From assembly GCA_963662615.2 (NCBI GenBank), contig CAXXSR010000001.1:896001-960000 (forward strand): DNA of 64,000 nt. Direction: 5' to 3'. A program made the translations under genes and the position numbers. The DNA comes from Dehalococcoidia bacterium (GTDB lineage Bacteria; Chloroflexota; Dehalococcoidia; Bin125). Positions 52,455-62,103 of the stretch are shown in pieces (positions within the stretch are counted from its first letter, which is position 1; every line of letters begins with the position of its first letter). Below the pieces are notes generated by a model. The model made no database searches, was not told the origin of the DNA, and saw only the letters and a program-made list of their open reading frames with translations.

Positions 52455-53648
52455 ATGGCCGCCAGTGCGTCCACCAGACCCCTGCGGCAGATCATCCATG
52501 CGGATATGGACGCCTTCTTCGCCTCCATTGAGCAGCGCGACAACCCCAAGCTGCGGGGCAAGCCGGTGCTGGTGGGCGGATCGCCCAAGGCGCGCGGCGT
52601 GGTCGCCGCCGCTTCCTACGAAGCGCGGAGGTTCGGCTGTCGCTCCGCCATGCCCATGAAGAGCGCCGTTCGCCTCTGCCCGGCAGCGGCGATCGTCCCG
52701 CCGCGCCCCCCGCGCTACCGCGAGGTGAGCGGGCAGGTGATGGAGATCTTCCGCGCCGTGACGCCGCTCGTGGAAGCGCTCTCGCTGGACGAGGCGTTCC
52801 TCGACGTCAGCCACCTGGTCGAGGCCGGCGGCGCCGCGGACGCCATCGCCCGCCGCCTCAAGACGACCGTGCGCGAGGAGACGGAGTTGACCGTGTCGTG
52901 CGGAGTGGCCACGTCAAAGTCGGTGGCGAAGATCGCGTCGGAGATGCACAAGCCCGACGGGCTCACGGTGGCGCCGCCGGGAGGCGAGCGCGAATTCCTG
53001 GCCCCGCTGCCCATCGGCGACCTCTGGGGGGTGGGGCCGCGCACCGCCGAGCGGTTGCGCAAGGCCGGAGTGCACACGATCGGCGAGCTGAGTGAGCGGC
53101 CCCTGCCTTGGCTGATTGGGCGCTTCGGCGTGCGTGGCGAATGGTTCCACCGGCTCGCCCTGGGGCAGGACGACCGCCCCGTGGAGGTCGCGCGCGAAAC
53201 GAAATCGATCTCCGCAGAGGTGACCTACCCGGAGGACGTCAGCGATCACGACGTCTTAGCGGGCACGGTGCGGGAGCAGGCGCGGCGGGTCGCGACGCGG
53301 TTGCGCAAGGGGTCGCTGCGGGCGCGCACGGTGCAGATCAAGCTGCGCCTGGCCGACTTCACCACCTTCACACGCCGTCGCACGCTGCCCGCCGCCACCG
53401 ATACGGCCGCTTTGATTGAGGCGGCGGCGTTGGAGCTGCTGGAGCCCGAGGTGAGCCGGGGCCGCCGCTTCCGCCTGGTGGGCACGGGCGTCTCCAACTT
53501 GATTCCGTTGGAGACGGCCGCACAGCTCCCTCTCTTGGAGCGGCCACGCTCGTCGCCGCAGCTGGAGGACGCCGTCGTGCGCTTGCGCGAGCGTTACGGT
53601 GAGGCCGTGATCGGGCGCGGCGAGGCCGTCGCTGGGCGCGACGAATGA
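52455..53648 (+). CDS. dinB: DNA polymerase IV
   Basis: HADMDAFFAS, AASYEAR, SLDEAFLD, KIAS..KPDG. Confidence 0.96.
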   Translation: MAASASTRPLRQIIHADMDAFFASIEQRDNPKLRGKPVLVGGSPKARGVVAAASYEARRFGCRSAMPMKSAVRLCPAAAIVPPRPPRYREVSGQVMEIFRAVTPLVEALSLDEAFLDVSHLVEAGGAADAIARRLKTTVREETELTVSCGVATSKSVAKIASEMHKPDGLTVAPPGGEREFLAPLPIGDLWGVGPRTAERLRKAGVHTIGELSERPLPWLIGRFGVRGEWFHRLALGQDDRPVEVARETKSISAEVTYPEDVSDHDVLAGTVREQARRVATRLRKGSLRARTVQIKLRLADFTTFTRRRTLPAATDTAALIEAAALELLEPEVSRGRRFRLVGTGVSNLIPLETAAQLPLLERPRSSPQLEDAVVRLRERYGEAVIGRGEAVAGRDE

Positions 53649-54352
53649 GCCTGGCGGACAGGGCCCGCGCCTTCACGTTCGACTGCTACGGCACGTTAAT
53701 CGACTGGGAGCGCGGCATCGGCACGGCGCTGGACGAGATCCCGGCGCTGGCGGGCGTCGACCGCGACGCGTTCTTGCGCCGTCGGGAGGCCGAGGAGATG
53801 GCGGTGGAGGCGGAGGCGTACCGCCCCTACGACGCCGTCCTGGCGCTCAGCCTGGTGCGCGCGGCGGAGTCGTTCAACGTTGGCGTCACTGAGCGCGAGG
53901 CGCGCCGCTTCGGCGCGAGCGTGCCGGAGTGGCCGCCTCTCCCCGACGCGGCCCCGTTCCTGCGCCGCCTGCGCCGGTTGAACAAGCCGCTGGCGATCCT
54001 CTCCAACGTGACCAAGTCGGCGCTACGCGCGAGCGTGCGGGGGCTGGGCGTCCCCTTCGATCTGCTCGTCAGCGCGGAGGACGTGCGCGCCTACAAGCCG
54101 GCGCCGCAGCACTGGCTTCACGCCCAGGCGGCGCTGGGTGTGGGGCCGGGCGAGACGTTGCACATCGCGGCGTCCATGGTCCATGACATCCACCCCGCCG
54201 GCCTGCTGGGCATGCCGGCCGTCTGGGTGAACCGGCGCGGCGAATCTCTCCCCCATGGCTCTCTCGCCCAGGGCGTAGAGCCGGCGCTGGTGGTGAACGA
54301 TCTGGCAGAGCTGGCGGAGGCCTTGGGACTCCCGCAGGCCCCTTCCCGCTGA
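53645..54352 (+). CDS. HAD hydrolase (haloacid dehalogenase type II-like)
   Basis: FDCYGTLIDWE, LSN, YKP, HDI.PA. Confidence 0.9.
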   Translation: MSLADRARAFTFDCYGTLIDWERGIGTALDEIPALAGVDRDAFLRRREAEEMAVEAEAYRPYDAVLALSLVRAAESFNVGVTEREARRFGASVPEWPPLPDAAPFLRRLRRLNKPLAILSNVTKSALRASVRGLGVPFDLLVSAEDVRAYKPAPQHWLHAQAALGVGPGETLHIAASMVHDIHPAGLLGMPAVWVNRRGESLPHGSLAQGVEPALVVNDLAELAEALGLPQAPSR

Positions 54353-54400
54353 CGGCGCAGGCGCTGCACGAGACGGCCGTCGCAGCGCGTGAGCGCCGCC

Positions 54401-54655
54401 TCACTCATCCAGCTTGGCGTAGACCAGCTCCTTGAGCTCCTTCAGCTCGGGGAAGCGACCGCTGGCGGCCTTGCTGTAGACCAGGGCGCCGTTCACGGTC
54501 CACTCAAAGAGGCCGGAATCGCCGGGGATCAAGGTCAGGCGCTGCACCTGCCCCTGAATCTCCGAGAGGATCTCGCCCACCATCCAGGTGGTGCGGGGGA
54601 GATAGTTTCAAGAGACGCAGTAGACAACGCTGATCTCGACGCCTTGGTCTGCCAT
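54401..54655 (-). CDS. SelT/SelW/SelH (Rdx) family selenoprotein, CxxU motif
   Basis: AGGAG RBS; MADQGVEISVVYCVS-UGA-NYLPRTTW...LIPGDSGLFE.TVNG.LVYSK...RFPE; in-frame TGA at 54610-54608. Confidence 0.85.
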
Positions 54656-54797
54656 GGCTCTCCTCCTCACGCCGGTTCGCGCCAGTCTAGCTTAGCGACA
54701 CCGCCTGGCAACGGTCGCCGGCCGGCTTTCATGTTGGCACTGCCTTGATACGCTAGGGCCTTGCTACGCTAGGCCGCCGGGGAGGGAGCAGGATCGC

Positions 54798-55172
54798 ATG
54801 CGAATCATTCGCGTCTACACCGGCGACGACGAGCGCTCGCACTTTGAGGAGATCGACATCCCGCTGAGCGACCAGCGACTGGGCCGTGTCTCCGAGATGT
54901 TCGGGGCGACCGGAATTGCCTTTCGCGAGACGCCCGCGGACATGGAGATGGACTTCCACAACGCCCCCCGACGCCAGTTCGTGATCACGCTGTCCGGCGG
55001 CGCCGAGATCGAATGCGGCGACGGCAGCCGGCGGCAACTCGGCGCCGGCGACATTCTCCTGGCCGACGACACCACGGGGCAGGGCCATATCACCCGCGAG
55101 ATCGCGGGGCCGCGGCGCAGCATCTTCGTGGCGCTGCCCGACGACTTCGACGTCGATGCGCTGCGGAGCTAG
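54798..55172 (+). CDS. Cupin-like protein
   Basis: YTGDD..SHFE, FHNAPRRQFVI.LSG..E, D.TGQGH. Confidence 0.85.
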   Translation: MRIIRVYTGDDERSHFEEIDIPLSDQRLGRVSEMFGATGIAFRETPADMEMDFHNAPRRQFVITLSGGAEIECGDGSRRQLGAGDILLADDTTGQGHITREIAGPRRSIFVALPDDFDVDALRS

Positions 55173-55222
55173 GAGCGCGCCGGCGCAACCGTGCCGGCAT
55201 CGCTGGGCGGGAGGCGGGTGAG

Positions 55223-56011
55223 ATGGAGCTAGGGATTCGCGGGCGGCGGGCCCTGGTCACCGGCGCCAGTCGCGGCATCGGCCTGGCCGTGGCGGAAGGG
55301 CTGGCGGCCGAGGGCGTCGACGTTGCCTTGGTGGCGCGCAGTCGCGACCTGTTGGAGCGCGCGGCGGGCGCGATTGAGGACGGCCAGGGCGTGCGCGCCG
55401 TCGCCGTCGTCGCCGACCTGAGCGGCCTGGACGGGGTGCGGGCCGCCGCCCGTGAGGCGGTGGCGGCGCTAGGCGGCGTCGACATCCTGATCAACAACGC
55501 CGGCGCCATCCCGGTCGGATCACTGAGCGCGCTGGAGGACAGCGAGGTGCTGGCGGCCTGGGACCTGAAGTTGCACGGGTACGTGCGCATGGCCCGCGAG
55601 CTGCTCCCGGCGATGCAGGAGCAGGGCTGGGGGCGGGTCGTCAACATCATCGGCCTGGCGGGGAAGCAGCCCAGCGCGGGCTACATCTACGGCGGGACCG
55701 CCAACGCGGCGCTGATGAACTTCACCAAGGGGCTGGCGCTGGCGGTGGCGAAGGACGGCGTTCTGGTCAACGCGATCAACCCGGGCCCCATCGCCACGGA
55801 TCGCCACAGGGAGATGAATCAGGCGCGGGCACGGGAGGCGGGGCTGTCGCTGGAGGAGATCGAGGCGCGCCAGAGCCGGGCGGTGCCGATGGGCCGGGTG
55901 GGGCGGCCGGAAGAGGTCGCCGACCTGGCGGTCTACCTCAGCTCGGAGCGCTGCGGCTTTGTCCACGCCGCTGTCGTGCCGGTGGGCGGGGGGCTGGGGG
56001 CGTCGTTGTAG
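55223..56011 (+). CDS. SDR family oxidoreductase
   Basis: TGASRGIG, DILINNAG, VNAINPG. Confidence 0.92.
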   Translation: MELGIRGRRALVTGASRGIGLAVAEGLAAEGVDVALVARSRDLLERAAGAIEDGQGVRAVAVVADLSGLDGVRAAAREAVAALGGVDILINNAGAIPVGSLSALEDSEVLAAWDLKLHGYVRMARELLPAMQEQGWGRVVNIIGLAGKQPSAGYIYGGTANAALMNFTKGLALAVAKDGVLVNAINPGPIATDRHREMNQARAREAGLSLEEIEARQSRAVPMGRVGRPEEVADLAVYLSSERCGFVHAAVVPVGGGLGASL

Positions 56012-56033
56012 GGATGTCGTAGTGCCCGGGGAG

Positions 56034-56621
56034 CTAACTTGCTCGGGCGGTCCGTCTCGGACTCCGGCGCGCCGGGCCGGTTTTGCTGGTCGGTCCGCGG
56101 CTCCTCACCTTCCAGCCCTTGGCGCTGTTGAGGCTGACCATGAGCCCCGCCTTCGGGCCGGCGCGACCGTCCTCGAAATGGCCGTGATGGGCGATCAGGT
56201 CGCCTCGGTCGATCGCCTTGTGGACGGATTTCACCTGGACGTCCTTCTGCGTGGCGATGGTCGAGACGGGGACGAAGGTGTCTTGGCGCGGGTCCTGGAG
56301 CCAACGCTTGTGGCGCGGCGCCCGCATCTTGCCCTGCTGGATGCCCAAGCGGACGTCGAGATCGTAGAGCGCTTGATAGAGCGGGTGCGACCAGCTCTCG
56401 CGTGTGACGAAGCCGTCCGTCTTCCGCAGGACGGGGTTCTTGGTCGTGTGAACAAAGCGGGCGTTGAAGTCCCGCCAAGTGACCACGCTTTCGCTGTCTT
56501 CAGCTTCCAGTGCCGCCATGACGAGCGCGGTCGCCTTTCGCAGGTGGGCGGCCTCCTCCGCCGTCAGGTCCGACAGATCCAGAACGTCGCCGTCGATGGT
56601 GGTGTGCGTTGCTAGCGGCAT
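56034..56621 (-). CDS. Hypothetical protein with possible excisionase-like HTH
   Basis: VPVSTIATQKDVQVKSVHKAIDRGDLIA; GGAGG RBS. Confidence 0.6.
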   Translation of the reverse strand: MPLATHTTIDGDVLDLSDLTAEEAAHLRKATALVMAALEAEDSESVVTWRDFNARFVHTTKNPVLRKTDGFVTRESWSHPLYQALYDLDVRLGIQQGKMRAPRHKRWLQDPRQDTFVPVSTIATQKDVQVKSVHKAIDRGDLIAHHGHFEDGRAGPKAGLMVSLNSAKGWKVRSRGPTSKTGPARRSPRRTARAS

Positions 56622-56795
56622 GGGGCACCTCCCCGGACTCCGTACTTCATAGTACAGAGTATAATATAATGCGGCGTTGAGTCACCCCATCAGGGCGGCA
56701 CTGCGACGGGCCAAGGAGGCCCTAGTGATTCGAGCCGACATGCTCTACCTTGCGGCGACGGCAACACCTTCGCTGAAGATAGGAGCCGACCAGTC

Positions 56796-57107
56796 GTGGC
56801 AAAGTACATCATTCGATTCAAGGTAAATCCCGAAGCATGGCCCACCGACCAAGCGGGGGTGCTGAAAGCCTGGGAGGGAGTCGTCGGCGGCGGCACCGCG
56901 CTCCTTGAAAGCGGCACCCTCGCGGAGATCAACTGGACGAGTAACCTCGCGGGGTACGCGATCATGGAGACCACGTCGAAGAGCGCGGCACTCGGAGTCG
57001 CGACGCCCTTCTTCCCGTTGTTCAACCAGGAGATCGACGAGGTTTTGCCCTGGGCGGAGGCGACAGCGGCCATCCTGGGCGCCGCGAAGGCGGCCGCCGG
57101 GCAGTAA
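56796..57107 (+). CDS. Small hypothetical protein (DUF3303/GYD-like fold suspected)
   Basis: AGGAG RBS; KYII.F...WPTD...GYAI.E...PF. Confidence 0.6.
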   Translation: MAKYIIRFKVNPEAWPTDQAGVLKAWEGVVGGGTALLESGTLAEINWTSNLAGYAIMETTSKSAALGVATPFFPLFNQEIDEVLPWAEATAAILGAAKAAAGQ

Positions 57108-57200
57108 GCGGGGCCTGAAGCATCGGTGTCAGGCTGGTCGTCTAGTCGGTCACTCTTCGACTGGCTCGCACCCGATCACCTGTTTTGCACTTCCCTCGTC

Positions 57201-57229
57201 TTGACAACGAGAACGCTTGTTCTTATCCT
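57201..57229 (+). promoter_or_regulatory. Sigma70 promoter with a LexA box between -35 and -10
   Basis: TTGACA-17 nt-TATCCT; AGAAC-GCTT-GTTCT at 57210-57223. Confidence 0.85.
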
Positions 57230-57252
57230 CAGCGATCCGTGGAGGTGCGACG

Positions 57253-57498
57253 ATGGCGAGCGGAGTTGAGGTGCATTGCCCAGCCTGCGGGCTGCCCGTG
57301 GAAGAAGGCGTGGCGGCGCCGGGGCTGGGACCGCAGGTGCGGCCGGGCAGCTTCCCCATTCGCGACCTCACGTTTCACCCCGCCTGCGCCTTCGGCCACG
57401 CCATCCACCTGCTCACGGCCGTCAAGCAGAAGGCGTGGCGGCCCAACTCGCCGATGCGAGAGCTGGCGGGGCCGCCGCCGCCCCCGCCGCCCGGCTGA
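57253..57498 (+). CDS. Small Cys/His protein (CPAC...HPAC)
   Basis: GGAGG RBS; first gene after the LexA promoter. Confidence 0.7.
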   Translation: MASGVEVHCPACGLPVEEGVAAPGLGPQVRPGSFPIRDLTFHPACAFGHAIHLLTAVKQKAWRPNSPMRELAGPPPPPPPG

Positions 57499-57501
57499 CG
57501 G

Positions 57502-57717
57502 ATGTGGCGCTGCACGTTCTGCCGGCGACCCGCGACGGGCTGGATCTGGCTCATCCGTTGGCGGGTTGCCAACGCCAAGCGGGAGGCGACGTCGGAGCGG
57601 GACGTCCGGGTCTTTAGCTGCTCGCTCTGCCGTACTCGCTTGGTGGGCGGACGGCTCTTCCTCAGGGACGGCTCGGCCTACGGCGCGGATGCGGCGCAGG
57701 GAAGCGCGCCGGCCTGA
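57502..57717 (+). CDS. Small Cys-rich protein (CTFC...CSLC)
   Basis: Starts 3 nt after the previous stop; two CxxC motifs. Confidence 0.6.
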   Translation: MWRCTFCRRPATGWIWLIRWRVANAKREATSERDVRVFSCSLCRTRLVGGRLFLRDGSAYGADAAQGSAPA

Positions 57718-57762
57718 AGTGCGCTGGCCTGAAATGCGACGGCCTGAGGCTATGCTGGTCGC

Positions 57763-58449
57763 ATGTGCGGCCGCTTCACCCTCTCGCTCGCGGCGGACCG
57801 AGCGGCGCGGGAGTTGGGCATTCCCGTGGAGACGTGGCTGGAGATGGTCACCCGGCCGCGGTTCAACATCGCGCCCATGCAGACGCATCCCGTCGTAGTG
57901 ATGCCGCGTGAGGATCGCGAGTTGGCGCCGGCGCGCTGGGGCCTGGTCAACTTTTGGGCCAAGGACAACAAACGGGCCGCCCGGCAGATCAACGCCCGCG
58001 CCGAGACCCTGGACACGCGGCCGGCGTACCGGGCGGCGTTCAAGAGCCGGCGCTGCGTCGTGCCGGCCGACGGCTTCTACGAGTGGACCGGTCCCAAAGC
58101 GAAGCGGCAGCCGCTGTGGTACCACCGGCCCGACGGCGGGCTCCTCCTCTTCGCCGGGCTGTACGAGTCGTGGCGCCCCGAGCCGGAGCGGGAGGAGACC
58201 ACCTTCACCATCGTCACGACGCGCGCCAACGAACTGATGGCGCCGGTGCACGATCGCATGCCGGTGGTCCTCGCCGATTGCGCCGTGGACGAGTGGCTCT
58301 TCGCGGAGGCGACCGACGTGACGGCGCTGAAGGATCTGCTGGCGCCGCCGCCCGACGATCTACTCACCGTCACGCCCGCGTCGATGCGGGTGAACGCGGT
58401 CAAGAACGACGACGCCGCTTTGCTCGTCGCGGAGGAGGCGACGCTCTAG
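57763..58449 (+). CDS. SOS response-associated peptidase (SRAP/YedK/HMCES family)
   Basis: MCGRF N-terminus, RFNIAP, INARAET, DGFYEW, HDRMPV. Confidence 0.95.
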   Translation: MCGRFTLSLAADRAARELGIPVETWLEMVTRPRFNIAPMQTHPVVVMPREDRELAPARWGLVNFWAKDNKRAARQINARAETLDTRPAYRAAFKSRRCVVPADGFYEWTGPKAKRQPLWYHRPDGGLLLFAGLYESWRPEPEREETTFTIVTTRANELMAPVHDRMPVVLADCAVDEWLFAEATDVTALKDLLAPPPDDLLTVTPASMRVNAVKNDDAALLVAEEATL

Positions 58450-58468
58450 CGCGGTCCTCCTCGGTTCC

Positions 58469-59275
58469 TCATGGCGTCGCCGTTCCCGTGATCATGCTGC
58501 CGGCGTCCAGCCCCGGCGCCAGTTCGGGCACCCAAACGACCGCGACCGCCAGTCCCAAAGCGACCATCGCAATCACTTTGCCGAACGCTTCTCCGCGCGA
58601 CCAGAGCTTCTCGATCGCGACGACCGCGGCCAGCCCGACCATGGCCCACAGGTTCATGAACCCGAAGGCGGCCATCAAGACCATCAGCGACCAGCAGCAA
58701 CTCAGGCAGACGAGGCCGTTGTGCGCGCCCGCGCGGAGATCGCGCAGCGCCCCTTGAAACGAGGCGGCCTGATAGATCTGGGCGATGGGCGAGCGACAGT
58801 GCGCCAGGCAGCGATACTTGAATGGCGTCAGTTGATAGACGCCACAGGCGGCGAAGATCGTCACGGCGGCGACCGTCCCAACGATGGGCGCCGCGCGCAC
58901 GATTTCGTCCACGCCCCGCGCCAGCGCGAACGCCGGCAGGCCCGCCGCTCCCCACACCAGCAAGTAGCCGCCGGCGAAGAGCAGCAGTCGTGGCAGCCGG
59001 TTCGAGACGATGGTGCGGGAATACATGGAGGCGAACGGCGCCGCCGAGGGCAGCATCATCGCCGTCATCATCAGCGTCCACATGACGATGAAGGCGGCGG
59101 CGTCCCTGCCCATCGTGCCGGGCATGGCGCCGATGCCGCCGGCCTGATCCACGGTCCAGGCCCAGGCGGCGCCCGCCAGCAGCAACAAGAGCAGCAGCTG
59201 CCGCCAGGACCAACGCAGGCCGGGGGCGGATGCCGTAGCGACACGGTCCATGGCGACACGGTCCATGGCGCTCAC
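58469..59275 (-). CDS. DUF2182 putative metal-binding membrane protein
   Basis: MWTLMMTAMMLPS, YQLTP.K..CL.HCRSP, CLSCCW.LM, EKL. Confidence 0.9.
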   Translation of the reverse strand: MSAMDRVAMDRVATASAPGLRWSWRQLLLLLLLAGAAWAWTVDQAGGIGAMPGTMGRDAAAFIVMWTLMMTAMMLPSAAPFASMYSRTIVSNRLPRLLLFAGGYLLVWGAAGLPAFALARGVDEIVRAAPIVGTVAAVTIFAACGVYQLTPFKYRCLAHCRSPIAQIYQAASFQGALRDLRAGAHNGLVCLSCCWSLMVLMAAFGFMNLWAMVGLAAVVAIEKLWSRGEAFGKVIAMVALGLAVAVVWVPELAPGLDAGSMITGTATP

Positions 59276-59889
59276 GCGCTCCAGTTAAAGGGCGCCGAGT
59301 GCCCGTTCTTGCCGGAACTGTCCCACTCCATCCCGAACGCCTTCACGCGGGCCTGTTGGGCGCGGGCGATCGTCAGCGTGGAGTTGACCCGATGCAACAG
59401 GCCGGTCAACTTCGATACCTCGCGGGTTTCGGGCTGCCCTCGGCGGCGCGGCACGAAGTCCTCGATCTCGACATCGATGTCGTCGCCCACGCTGACGCGG
59501 TGCCGGCGCCCGTCATCGGCGTAGGCGATCGGCGCGCGCTCCACTCCCAGATCCTCGCCCACCAGTGGTAGCACAGCTGCGAAGGGCCCGCCGGCCTGCC
59601 CGCTGAACACGCGCTGCAAGGCGTCGGCCTGCTCCTGGGAAGCGTCGGCATCGATGATCAGTCCGCTCCGCCAGTTCCCCTCCGACATGAGCGGCGGCGT
59701 ATCACGAAGGATCACGACCGAGGTGCCGCTCACGTCCACACCTTCGATCTCCCCATTGGTGACGTGAAACGCCTGCAACACAAGGCAGCGGTCGTAGTCC
59801 GCCAGGACGGTCCCCGCCGATGTCGTGCAGGGACAGACCATGTCGCAGTTGCAGTTCTCGAGGAAGGTTCCTTCTAATCGCCAGGCCAT
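59272..59889 (-). CDS. DUF1326 domain protein
   Basis: W.L.G..LENCNCDMVCPC, IDADA...Q..AL..VFSG..GG. Confidence 0.9.
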   Translation of the reverse strand: MAWRLEGTFLENCNCDMVCPCTTSAGTVLADYDRCLVLQAFHVTNGEIEGVDVSGTSVVILRDTPPLMSEGNWRSGLIIDADASQEQADALQRVFSGQAGGPFAAVLPLVGEDLGVERAPIAYADDGRRHRVSVGDDIDVEIEDFVPRRRGQPETREVSKLTGLLHRVNSTLTIARAQQARVKAFGMEWDSSGKNGHSAPFNWSA

Positions 59890-59970
59890 CTCGTCCCTCC
59901 TATTCGTCTGCGGGATGCTAGGCGCGCTCGAACGCCCCGTCAAAGTGAGCGGGCACGGTGCAGGCGCGAC

Positions 59971-61137
59971 TCAGAACTGCCGCTCGGCGATGTTGCGGCC
60001 GATGACGAGGCGCTGGATCTGGTTGGTGCCTTCGAAGATCTGGAAGATCTTGGCGTCGCGCATCCACTTCTCCACGGGCGCTTCGCGCATGAAGCCGAGG
60101 CCGCCGCAGACCTGAACGGCGTCGGTGGTGACCTTCATGGCGGTGTCGGCGGCGAAGCACTTGGCCTTACTGGCTTCCTCGAACGTGCAGGGCTGCTGCC
60201 GGGCGATGAGCCAGCCGGCCTTCCAACTGAGCAGCCGCGCCGCCTCGATGGCGATGTCCATGTCGGCCAGCATGAACGAGACCCCCTGGTTCTCGCCAAC
60301 GGGAGCGCCGAACTGCCGCCGCTCACGGGCGTAGGTGGCCGCGTATTCGAAGGCGGCCCGGGCCAGGCCGATGGCCAACGCCGCGATCCAGGGCCGGGTG
60401 GCCATGAGGCTGCCCAGGACCCCAGCGCCACCACTGCGGAAGTCCGGGTCGGCAGGCCCTAGGCGATGATCGGCGGGGACCCGCACGTCCTCCAGCAGCA
60501 GGTCGGCGGTGTGGCTGGCGCGGATGCCCATCTTCTTCCAGACCGTCCCCTGTGAGAGGCCGGGGCTGTCCTTGGGAACGGCGAACGCGGACACACCGTG
60601 GAAGGTTGAGCCGGCATCCTCCCGCGCGAAGATCACCGTCAGGTCGGCGATGCCGCCGCAGGTGATGAAGCGCTTGGCGCCGTTGAGCACGTAGTCGTCG
60701 CCGTCGCGGACGGCGCGCGTGCGCATGGCGCCGGCGTCGGAGCCGGACTCGGCCTCGGTGATCCCCAGGGCGCCCACGTGCGCCTCCCCGTCCAGGGCGG
60801 TGCACATGGGCAGGAAACGCTGGCGCTGCTGGTCGGTGCCAATGACGTTGATGGCGGTGGCGGCGAGGCCGTTGGCGAGCATGGCGATGGCGATGCCGGC
60901 GCAGCCCCAGGCCAGCTCCTCCGCGATCACCAGCGACGTGAAGGCGCTCGTCTCCACGTTGGGGCCGCCCCAGGCCTGACCGGCCAGCCCGAGCCGGGCC
61001 CCCGCACGGACGATCTCCCAGGGGAACTCTTCGCGGTCGTCGAACGCCGCGGCGGCGGGACGGATCTCCTTCGTGGCGAAGTCGTGCGCCAACTGCTTGG
61101 CCATGCGGTCCGCTTCCGTGAGCTGGAAGCCGATCAT
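59971..61137 (-). CDS. Acyl-CoA dehydrogenase
   Basis: ITEAESGSD, LNGAKRFIT, KMGIRAS.T, RRQFG, IFEGTNQIQR. Confidence 0.95.
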   Translation of the reverse strand: MIGFQLTEADRMAKQLAHDFATKEIRPAAAAFDDREEFPWEIVRAGARLGLAGQAWGGPNVETSAFTSLVIAEELAWGCAGIAIAMLANGLAATAINVIGTDQQRQRFLPMCTALDGEAHVGALGITEAESGSDAGAMRTRAVRDGDDYVLNGAKRFITCGGIADLTVIFAREDAGSTFHGVSAFAVPKDSPGLSQGTVWKKMGIRASHTADLLLEDVRVPADHRLGPADPDFRSGGAGVLGSLMATRPWIAALAIGLARAAFEYAATYARERRQFGAPVGENQGVSFMLADMDIAIEAARLLSWKAGWLIARQQPCTFEEASKAKCFAADTAMKVTTDAVQVCGGLGFMREAPVEKWMRDAKIFQIFEGTNQIQRLVIGRNIAERQF

Positions 61138-61203
61138 GGCGCTCTCCTCTCGCGCGGCGAGGGCGGTCTCGTGGTGCGCGCTGCGATCGCGTGTCGCAGG
61201 CCT

Positions 61204-61998
61204 CTAAACGAAGAGGTCCATGACACGGCGGTAGCTGCGGGCTTGCAGGAAGCCGTCAATCTTGGCGTCGTGGAACTGCGCGTCCAGGTTTTCGATCAGC
61301 GTGTCCTTGAAGTCCTCAATGTCCAGGCCGAGCGCGTTGGCGTCGTCACGGAGGCGCCGCAGCCCCAGGCTCACGACCGAGATCAGGAGCAGTTGGCTCT
61401 GCCAGATATAGGCCCGGCCCAGGGGGGAGAGCCGCCCGATCAGGCCGGGCAGGACCGTGTGAAGAAAGTTCACGTGGCGGACCTCGTCGCGCAGAATGAG
61501 GCGAAAGATGTCCTTGGCCAGCGGGTCCGTGTCGGGCAGCTCCAGCGATTTCTGCAAGAACAGGGCGGCAAAGTTCTCGCTGAAGAGCGTGGACGTGAGC
61601 CAGTTCTCCACTCGGTACAGCCCCCACGAGGCCATGGTGCCGAAACGGCTGATCATCTCGCGTTCCAGACGGCTCAGGCGGCCGCGACCGTTGCTGAGTC
61701 CCAGGTAGCGATCCAGCGCGTAGGTATGCCGGGCCTCGTCTTGACACTGCGCGGCCAGATAGAGGTTCAGGTTAGGGTCGCGCAGTTGGTGCGTCGCCTT
61801 GCTCATCATGATCTGGATCGTGTCCAGGCCCATCAGCTCCAGGTTGTAGAAGACGTTGAGCATCCGCAGCCAGGCCTCCCGCTTCGACGCGGGGATGGCC
61901 GGCTCCCGGCTCCAGTCAATGTCCTGGTCGGCGTTCCAGAGGCGGTCGCTCTGCTGGCGGAAGAGGTCGCGGTAGACGTTCCGCTGCTCCTCCGACAT
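61204..61998 (-). CDS. Ferritin-like diiron protein
   Basis: W..D.DIDW; E...DEARH...E...DEVRH. Confidence 0.8.
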   Translation of the reverse strand: MSEEQRNVYRDLFRQQSDRLWNADQDIDWSREPAIPASKREAWLRMLNVFYNLELMGLDTIQIMMSKATHQLRDPNLNLYLAAQCQDEARHTYALDRYLGLSNGRGRLSRLEREMISRFGTMASWGLYRVENWLTSTLFSENFAALFLQKSLELPDTDPLAKDIFRLILRDEVRHVNFLHTVLPGLIGRLSPLGRAYIWQSQLLLISVVSLGLRRLRDDANALGLDIEDFKDTLIENLDAQFHDAKIDGFLQARSYRRVMDLFV

Positions 61999-62103
61999 CC
62001 CCTGCGACACCGCTGCCGGCGATCGGCGCATCCGTCCCTCCAGGCCCGCGGGCGAACCGCTGCGCCGATTATCCCGGCGGCTCGGAGCCGGGCGGCGCCG
62101 CGA

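Noticed and set aside
57705-57748. Three imperfect 15-bp repeats (GCG..GGCCTGA) before SRAP
   Set aside because: Too short and degenerate to assign a function; probably slippage.
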